Assembly: GCF_000186885.1 (NCBI RefSeq)
Contig: NC_014972.1
Span: forward strand, 3,819,870-3,851,869
DNA from: Desulfobulbus propionicus DSM 2032
GTDB taxonomy: Bacteria > Desulfobacterota > Desulfobulbia > Desulfobulbales > Desulfobulbaceae
Reading direction: 5' to 3'
Length of the DNA stretch: 32,000 nt
Of the stretch, positions 25,980 through 32,000 are shown piece by piece; within the stretch, counting starts at the first letter, position 1; each line of letters opens with the position of its first letter. Under the pieces are notes generated by a model. That model did not search any database, had not been told where the DNA came from, and saw nothing but the letters and a program-made list of their open reading frames with translations. A program made the translations under genes and the position numbers.

Positions 25980-28904
25980 ATGACCTCATTTGCCATCGGC
26001 TCGACCTACCACGGCTTTGTTCTTGAGCGGAAAGAATTCCTGCCGGAAATCCATTCCACGGTCTTCCTTTTCACCCATGCGGTGCTCGGCTGCCAGGCCC
26101 TGGCGATCAAGAACCAGGATGAGAACAAGACCTTTTGCGTCTCGTTCATGACCGTGCCCGAGGATTCCACCGGCGTGGCCCACATTCTTGAGCATTCGGT
26201 GCTGATGGGCTCGGAAAAATACCCGGTGCGCGACGTGTTCGGCGAGATCAACAAGGGCGGGCTGATGACCTTCCTCAATGCGATGACCGGCTCGGACACC
26301 ACCTGGTATCCCTTCGCCACCCGCAATCTCAAGGAATACTTCAACATCATGGACGTCTACTGCGACGTGGTGTTCAACCCCTTGCTGCTGCGCTCGACCT
26401 TTGAACAGGAAGGGTGGCATTATCACCTGGAAAACGAGGAGGACCAGCTGCAGTACATGGGCGTCGTGTTCAACGAGATGAAGGGGGCCTACTCCGACCC
26501 GATCCGCTCCCTGTTCCACCACATCTATCGCGGCCTGATGCCGCAGTCGACCTATGCCCACGAATCCGGCGGCGATCCCCGGCGCATCCCGGACCTCAGT
26601 TTCGAGCAGTTCGTGGAATTTCATCGCGGCCACTATCACCCCTCGAACTGCACCCTGTTTTTTTATGGCGATGCCCCGCTCGACGAGGAGCTGGCCTATG
26701 TGCAGCAGAACTTTCTAGCCCGCTACACCGCACCGGCGGCCAAGGCGCGGATCGAGCCCGGACTTGATCTCCGTGAACCGCTGTGTATCGAGGACACCTA
26801 CCCGGTGCAGCCGGGCAGTCCCACCGCACAGAAAACCTTTCTCGCCATCAGCTCAACCGTGGGCACGGTCCACGACCGCAAACTCAACGCCGCCTTCCAA
26901 ATCATCGCCAACATCCTGTTCAACTCCGATGGCTCGCCATTGAAAAAGGCGATTATCAATGCGTATTTGTGTAAAGATTTCGGTGGATTGTTTCTTTCGA
27001 ACGCCAGCTTCAAAACCCTGATGATCACCTATCTGGTCGGCACCGATCCAGAGAAACGCGACCACTTCCTGGCCCTGTACAAGGCGACCCTGTCCCGCAT
27101 GGTCGAGGAGCGTCTCGACAAGGACCTGGTGCTTTCCGAGTTGAACCGCTACGAGTTTTCGGTGCGGGAGGAAATGAACAAGGCTCAGCGTGGCCTGGAT
27201 CTGATCGGCAAGGCTCTGCCGGCCATGAAGCACGGCCTGACCCCCTTCGAAGCCCTGCAGATCGACGCCCTGTTGGCGGAAATTCGCAAGGATGCCACGG
27301 AAAACGGCTACTTCGAGCAACTGATCCGGACCTATCTGCTCGACAATCCGGCCACGGTCACCGTCACCCTGGCACCCGACGCCGAGAAAATGGCCCAGAA
27401 CCTCCAGGAAGAGCAGCAACGGCTTGACGCCTTCGGCCAATCGCTGGACACCGACGGCCGCCGTCGGCTGGTCGAGCGAACCCAGGAACTGATCGCCCTG
27501 CAGAGCGCGGCCAACACGGTGGACGATCTGCGTCGCCTGCCCCGGCTCACCCTGGCCGACCTGGATGCCCATCCGCCCTTCCATGCCGTCCAGCCGGCAC
27601 TGCTTGGGCACACCGAACTGCTGATCAACGACCTGGAGACCAACGGCATCTGCTATCTGGACCTTGGGTTCGACTGCTCGGCCCTGCCCTTGGAGCTGCT
27701 GCCCTATCTCGACCTGTTCGCCACCATCCTCACCGAGATCGGTACCGAGCAGAAGGATTACATGCAGTTCGCCAAGGCGATCAACCTGTGTACCGGCGAC
27801 TTTTCCCATTCCGTCCAGGTTTACGTGCGTCAGGGCGAGCCTCAGACCGTGCGGCCGATTCTGTGGGTGCATGCCAAGGTGCTGTCGGCCTATTTGGAAC
27901 AGGCCATTGACCTGATCAGCGAAGTGCTGGCCTCGGTCGATTTTTCCGACGAGCATCACATCGAGGAGATTATCCACCGGGAATTCGCCTGGGCCGAACA
28001 TGCGGCGCAGAGCGACGGCTATTCCCTGGCCCTGACCAGGGCCTTTTCCCATCTCAGCCGCGCCGGGCAGTATAACGAACAGATCCACGGCATTCAGGCC
28101 TATCTTCACCTCAAAGGCCTGGCTGGTAACTACCTTGAGCACGAGGCCACGCTCCATGCCGCCCTCCGCCAGATCCGCGACCTGCTGCTCCGCCGCCAAG
28201 GGCTGATTGTGACGATCACCGCCGAGGACCGGGAAATTAGCCGCTTCCAGGAACTGGGCGCCTCTTTGGTCAACGCCCTGCCCGATCTGCCCGTGGTCCC
28301 GGCACGCCCGTCCTTTCCGACCGTGCCCGCGACCCAGGCCTTCACCACCTCCGCCGAAGTGGTGTACAACGTGCAAGCCTGTACCCTTTTCCCGGACGCC
28401 TCGCGCTACAACGGTTCGTTCGAGGTGCTGCGCACCTGGCTGTCACGAGACTATCTGTGGAATACGGTCCGGCAGATGGGTGGAGCCTACGGCTGTTTCA
28501 TTCAGTTCAACCACCTGACCGGCAATTTCGGCATGATCAGCTACCGCGATCCCCAAGTACGGAAAACCTTCGAGGCCTATGAAGCCCTGGCCAAGGTGAT
28601 CGGCAGCCTGTCTCTGTCCGATGAATCGCTGCAGCAATTGATCGTCGGCGCCTATGGCACGGCAACGCCCCATCAGGGGCCGGCCACCCGGGGGGCCACC
28701 GCCCGCAACGATTATCTGGCGGGGATCACTCCGGCCTTCCGGCAACAGCGGATCGAAGAAATCATTCGCACCAGCGTCGACGACCTGCGCGGTTTTGCTC
28801 CGCTTTTCGCCCAGCTCTCCGCCAAGCCCATCCGGGCAACCATCGGCGGCCGGGAGAAGATCGACCAGGATCGCACCCTGTTCGAGCATGTCACAGAGCT
28901 GTAA
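25980..28904 (+). CDS. M16C-type (presequence protease/PreP-like) zinc metallopeptidase
   Basis: Inverted zinc motif HILEHSVLMGSEKYPVRDVF (HxxEH), LNAMTGSDTTWYPFATRN, MGGAYGCFIQFNHLTGNFGMISYRDP; about 974 aa, consistent with two M16 repeats. Confidence 0.93.
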   Translation: MTSFAIGSTYHGFVLERKEFLPEIHSTVFLFTHAVLGCQALAIKNQDENKTFCVSFMTVPEDSTGVAHILEHSVLMGSEKYPVRDVFGEINKGGLMTFLNAMTGSDTTWYPFATRNLKEYFNIMDVYCDVVFNPLLLRSTFEQEGWHYHLENEEDQLQYMGVVFNEMKGAYSDPIRSLFHHIYRGLMPQSTYAHESGGDPRRIPDLSFEQFVEFHRGHYHPSNCTLFFYGDAPLDEELAYVQQNFLARYTAPAAKARIEPGLDLREPLCIEDTYPVQPGSPTAQKTFLAISSTVGTVHDRKLNAAFQIIANILFNSDGSPLKKAIINAYLCKDFGGLFLSNASFKTLMITYLVGTDPEKRDHFLALYKATLSRMVEERLDKDLVLSELNRYEFSVREEMNKAQRGLDLIGKALPAMKHGLTPFEALQIDALLAEIRKDATENGYFEQLIRTYLLDNPATVTVTLAPDAEKMAQNLQEEQQRLDAFGQSLDTDGRRRLVERTQELIALQSAANTVDDLRRLPRLTLADLDAHPPFHAVQPALLGHTELLINDLETNGICYLDLGFDCSALPLELLPYLDLFATILTEIGTEQKDYMQFAKAINLCTGDFSHSVQVYVRQGEPQTVRPILWVHAKVLSAYLEQAIDLISEVLASVDFSDEHHIEEIIHREFAWAEHAAQSDGYSLALTRAFSHLSRAGQYNEQIHGIQAYLHLKGLAGNYLEHEATLHAALRQIRDLLLRRQGLIVTITAEDREISRFQELGASLVNALPDLPVVPARPSFPTVPATQAFTTSAEVVYNVQACTLFPDASRYNGSFEVLRTWLSRDYLWNTVRQMGGAYGCFIQFNHLTGNFGMISYRDPQVRKTFEAYEALAKVIGSLSLSDESLQQLIVGAYGTATPHQGPATRGATARNDYLAGITPAFRQQRIEEIIRTSVDDLRGFAPLFAQLSAKPIRATIGGREKIDQDRTLFEHVTEL

Positions 28905-28916
28905 TCCTTTCGGCTG

Positions 28917-29303
28917 TCAGCCCTTCTTCCCGGTTGACAGCCGATCCACCACCCGGTTGTAATACGGTCCATCCTCGCCCAGTTCGACGCTTCGGCCCAT
29001 ACGGCATTCGATCTTGGTTTTCAGGCAGCTTATCTTTTTGAGTTGTCGAACTTTTTCTTTTTCGTCGCGGCAACCGTCCAGCAGCTGTTCCAACCGGGTG
29101 ATTTCCTTTTGCAGGGCAACCTCCTCCGGCACGTAGCCGGCATTTTTCAGCAACCGGTAGCCCATGCGCAAATCGGCAGGCACATGGGCCAGGTCATCCG
29201 GCGGCAGCGGCTTGCCTTTCCAGTGGCTCAGATCGGGAATGGTGCCCTCGGCCATGGCCTGTTGGATTTTCCGTTCCGCGATTTGCTGTATGACCGAAAG
29301 CAT
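28917..29303 (-). CDS. DUF1992 / DnaJ-homologue subfamily C member 28 conserved-domain protein
   Basis: MLSVIQQIAERKIQQAMAEGTIPDLSHWKGKPLPPDDLAHVPADLRMGYRLLKNAGYVPEEVAL matches the known family pattern (AERKI..A...G...L...GKPLP.DD..HVP.DLRM.Y..LKNAG..PEE). Confidence 0.85.
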   Translation of the reverse strand: MLSVIQQIAERKIQQAMAEGTIPDLSHWKGKPLPPDDLAHVPADLRMGYRLLKNAGYVPEEVALQKEITRLEQLLDGCRDEKEKVRQLKKISCLKTKIECRMGRSVELGEDGPYYNRVVDRLSTGKKG

Positions 29304-29415
29304 GCCCTTTCCTCTCTTTTTCTTGTTTCTTCAGTGCCAGCCGCTACAATAGGGCGTTGACCCGATACGCGCAGCCCGGCTGCCTCATTTTGCTGTTCAA
29401 CCCAAGGAGTGACCC

Positions 29416-30300
29416 ATGATATTCAAACGAAAGCTGTTGATCCTTCCCCTCAGCCTGCTGGTGGTGCACGCCCCCGCCTGGGCCGATGATCTGCCCTGGG
29501 AAAAGAAGCTGCCCTTCAAGCAGGCCACCATCCATTACGAGCTGACCGGCAGCGAGCAGGGCAAGGACACCTTGTATATCAAGGAATATGGCAAGATCCG
29601 GGCAAAGTACCATACGGCCACGACCACGATCATGGGAGAAACCACCAAGGCGGACACCATTGAGATCACCGATCCAGACTGGATCACCACCTATGATCTG
29701 ATCGAGCAAAAAGGGGAAAAAACCACCAACCCGAGCAAGATCTATCAGGCCGAGTATAACAAACTCAGTGCTGAGGAGAAAAAGAATTTCGAGAGAAACG
29801 CCACGGAACTCGGCGCAGGCCTAGCCACCAATTTCGGAGGTTCGGTGACGCAGAAGAGCGAGAAACTGATGGGCTATGACTGCGATGTGGCCACCGTGGG
29901 CGGCATGTCCACCGTCTTCCTGCTGCATGGCAGCGACATCCCTCTCAAATCCGAAGTATCGATGATGGGCGTGAAGAATCTCAACCTGGCCACCAAGATC
30001 GATACCGATTCGGCCATACCAGATCGTGTCTTTGCCCCTCCCGCCGGTATTGTGGCCGAGCGTAATCCGGAAATGGAGAACATGATGAGCGGCACCATTC
30101 AGCACATGGTGGCCACCCTCAAGAAACCCGATGGTGCCAAGGAAATCCAGCAGGCCGGGCCGATGGGCATGATGGGGACAGGCGGCATGGAGCAAATGAT
30201 GCGCCAGGGCATGGAAAACGAGGGCATGAGCAAGGAAGAACAGGAAGAAGCGATGCGGCAGATGCAGGAGGCGATGCAGCAATTGAAGCCCCAGCAATGA
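29416..30300 (+). CDS. Hypothetical exported protein with Met/Gln-rich C-terminal tail
   Basis: Signal peptide (LLILPLSLLVVHAPAWADD), SD aaggag at good spacing, followed by a strong terminator. The C-terminus contains MGMMGTGGMEQMMRQGMENEGMSKEEQEEAMRQMQEAMQQLK. Confidence 0.8.
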   Translation: MIFKRKLLILPLSLLVVHAPAWADDLPWEKKLPFKQATIHYELTGSEQGKDTLYIKEYGKIRAKYHTATTTIMGETTKADTIEITDPDWITTYDLIEQKGEKTTNPSKIYQAEYNKLSAEEKKNFERNATELGAGLATNFGGSVTQKSEKLMGYDCDVATVGGMSTVFLLHGSDIPLKSEVSMMGVKNLNLATKIDTDSAIPDRVFAPPAGIVAERNPEMENMMSGTIQHMVATLKKPDGAKEIQQAGPMGMMGTGGMEQMMRQGMENEGMSKEEQEEAMRQMQEAMQQLKPQQ

Positions 30301-30306
30301 TTCAAC

Positions 30307-30343
30307 CAAGCGCCCCCGGAGATCAGTGCTCCGGGGGCGCTTG
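30307..30343. terminator. Bidirectional Rho-independent terminator between convergent genes
   Basis: Perfect 15-bp stem caagcgcccccggag / ctccgggggcgcttg with a 7-nt loop (atcagtg), flanked by ttgattttattttt on the plus side. Confidence 0.9.
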
Positions 30344-30346
30344 ATT

Positions 30347-31948
30347 TTATTTTTGCAGAATGGTGTCCTGTCTGAAGTCCCGGTCGTTCTTTTCCGGGTA
30401 GTCGAGAATGTAATGCAAGCCGCGCGACTCCTTGCGTTGGCTGGCGCTCTGAACAATCAGATCGGCCACCACCGCCAGGTTGCGCAATTCGACCAGATCC
30501 GGGGTGAGCAGATAATCGTAAAAATGCTCCTTGATCTCCTTGAGCATCCAGCCCAACCGGGTCTGCATCAGCTCCAGCCGTTTTGTCCGGCGGACAATTC
30601 CCACATAGTCCCACATCAACTGGCGCACCTGATCCCAGTTGTGTTTGATCAGGATCGATTCGTCGAGCAGGGCCGCGCCCCCCGTCCGCCAAGGGTCCAC
30701 GGAGATGCGGTCCAGACGGCGGATGCCCTCCATCTGTTCCTTGAGCACTTCAGCCGCCCGGTGCGCAAAGACCACCGCTTCGAGCAGGGAGTTGGAGGCG
30801 AGGCGGTTGGCGCCGTGCAATCCGGTGCAGGCCGTTTCCCCCAGGGCCATCAGGTTGGTGATCGAACTGCGGCCCCAGGCATCGACCAGCACCCCGCCGC
30901 ACATGTAGTGGGCGGCCGGTACCACAGGGATGGGTTTCTTGGTCAGGTCGACGCCGTGCTGTTTGCAGGTCGTGTAGATGTTAGGGAATCGTTCCTTGAG
31001 GAAGGCGGCCGGTTTGTGCGTGATGTCGAGGAACACGCAGTCCGCGCCGGTGGCCTTCATTTCCGCGTCGATGCCCCGCGCCACCGCATCGCGGGTGGCA
31101 AGATCGCCCCGGTCATCGTACTTTTTCATGAAGGCTTCCCCCTGTTGGTTGATCAGGATGCCGCCCTCGCCGCGCACCGCCTCGGAAATGAGGAAATTTT
31201 TCGCCTCCCGGTTGAAAAAACAGGTGGGATGGAATTGGATGAACTCCAGGTTCGCCACCTTGGCCCCGGCCCGGTACGCCATGGCCACCCCATCGCCAGT
31301 GGCGATATCCGGGTTGGTGGTGTACAGATACACCTTGCCGCAGCCGCCGGTGCAGAGCACGGTTACACCTGCGATTCTCGTTTCAACCTCACCGCTGACC
31401 CGGTTGAGGACATACGCGCCCAGGCAGCGATCACCATTGGTCCTGTCCCGTCCACGCGCCTTGGATTCGATGAGCAGATCGATGGCCAGATGATTTTCCA
31501 GGACCTCGATATTGGGATTGGCGGCTATTTGCTCCAGCAAGGCCCGTTCGATCTCCTTGCCGGTCAGGTCCGAGGCGTGGGCCACCCGCCTGGCCGAATG
31601 GCCGCCTTCCATGCCCAGATCAAAGCCTTCGCCGTTTTTCCCTTTCTGGAACCGAACACCCAGTGCCATCAACTCTCGAACCCGATCCGGCCCCTCGGTG
31701 GTGACGATGCGCACGATCTCTTCGTTGCACAGCCCATCGCCCGAACACAGGGTGTCGGCGATGTGAGCATCCACGGAGTCCTCCACCGAGAGCACCGCTG
31801 CCACGCCGCCCTGAGCCAAATTGGTGGCGGTGTCCGCCTTTTTCTTTTTGGTGATCAGGGTCACCCTGGAAAACTGCGCCGCCTTCAAGGCAAAGGAAAG
31901 ACCTGACACACCGCTGCCGATAATGAGTACATCGCTATAATCCGTCAT
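30347..31948 (-). CDS. nadB: L-aspartate oxidase
   Basis: YSDVLIIGSGVSGLSFALKAAQ (FAD-binding), NLAQGGVAAVLSVEDSVDAHIADTLCSGDGLC, AHYMCGGVLVDAWGRSSI, GLHGANRLASNSLLEAVVFA. Confidence 0.95.
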   Translation of the reverse strand: MTDYSDVLIIGSGVSGLSFALKAAQFSRVTLITKKKKADTATNLAQGGVAAVLSVEDSVDAHIADTLCSGDGLCNEEIVRIVTTEGPDRVRELMALGVRFQKGKNGEGFDLGMEGGHSARRVAHASDLTGKEIERALLEQIAANPNIEVLENHLAIDLLIESKARGRDRTNGDRCLGAYVLNRVSGEVETRIAGVTVLCTGGCGKVYLYTTNPDIATGDGVAMAYRAGAKVANLEFIQFHPTCFFNREAKNFLISEAVRGEGGILINQQGEAFMKKYDDRGDLATRDAVARGIDAEMKATGADCVFLDITHKPAAFLKERFPNIYTTCKQHGVDLTKKPIPVVPAAHYMCGGVLVDAWGRSSITNLMALGETACTGLHGANRLASNSLLEAVVFAHRAAEVLKEQMEGIRRLDRISVDPWRTGGAALLDESILIKHNWDQVRQLMWDYVGIVRRTKRLELMQTRLGWMLKEIKEHFYDYLLTPDLVELRNLAVVADLIVQSASQRKESRGLHYILDYPEKNDRDFRQDTILQK

Positions 31949-31969
31949 ACCTGGGTCCTGCGCCGACTT

Positions 31970-31985
31970 TGTTTCACGTGAAACA
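31970..31985. promoter_or_regulatory. parS: Putative chromosomal parS site (ParB/Spo0J centromere-like binding site)
   Basis: Exact 16-bp palindrome TGTTTCACGTGAAACA, identical to the broadly conserved bacterial parS consensus. Confidence 0.88.
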
Positions 31986-32000
31986 TGGGCAAAGTTGTTT

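Noticed and set aside
26853-28376. 507-aa minus-strand ORF antisense to the M16 protease
   Set aside because: GC shadow ORF opposite a convincing metallopeptidase.
1-32000. CRISPR arrays, transposases/IS elements, phage genes, tRNA/rRNA genes
   Set aside because: I saw no regularly spaced direct repeats, transposase motifs, phage-like genes or tRNA T-loop patterns while reading the window. The region looks like core chromosome.

Overview
The window is a densely coded, GC-rich bacterial chromosomal segment. Gene content resembles sulfate-reducing deltaproteobacteria, but that taxonomic guess is inference only. Left to right it carries: (1) a membrane-anchored periplasmic NiFe hydrogenase operon (3' end of the small subunit, HybA-like FeS protein, large subunit, maturation protease, NrfD/HybB-type membrane subunit), followed by a small monoheme cytochrome c; (2) a hypothetical exported protein on the minus strand; (3) a late cobalamin biosynthesis cluster (cobO, cobQ/cbiP, cobD/cobC-like, cbiB); (4) phoR-phoB divergent from phoU; (5) a minus-strand operon of class II photolyase plus an FKBP/SlyD-like + methyltransferase fusion with a non-canonical motif I; (6) an HtrA/DegP-type protease; (7) a large CHASE-PAS hybrid histidine kinase; (8) a glutamine amidotransferase, a 2-dehydropantoate 2-reductase and a dihydrofolate reductase; (9) rsmE-dtd-M16 protease; (10) a DUF1992-like protein, a secreted Met-rich-tail protein and nadB. 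A perfect 16-bp parS palindrome (TGTTTCACGTGAAACA) lies 21 bp upstream of the nadB start codon at the right edge. I found no CRISPR array, mobile element, tRNA or rRNA. The best candidates for something under-described are the photolyase/FKBP-methyltransferase gene pair and the parS site. The long antisense ORFs in the track look like GC-driven shadow ORFs.
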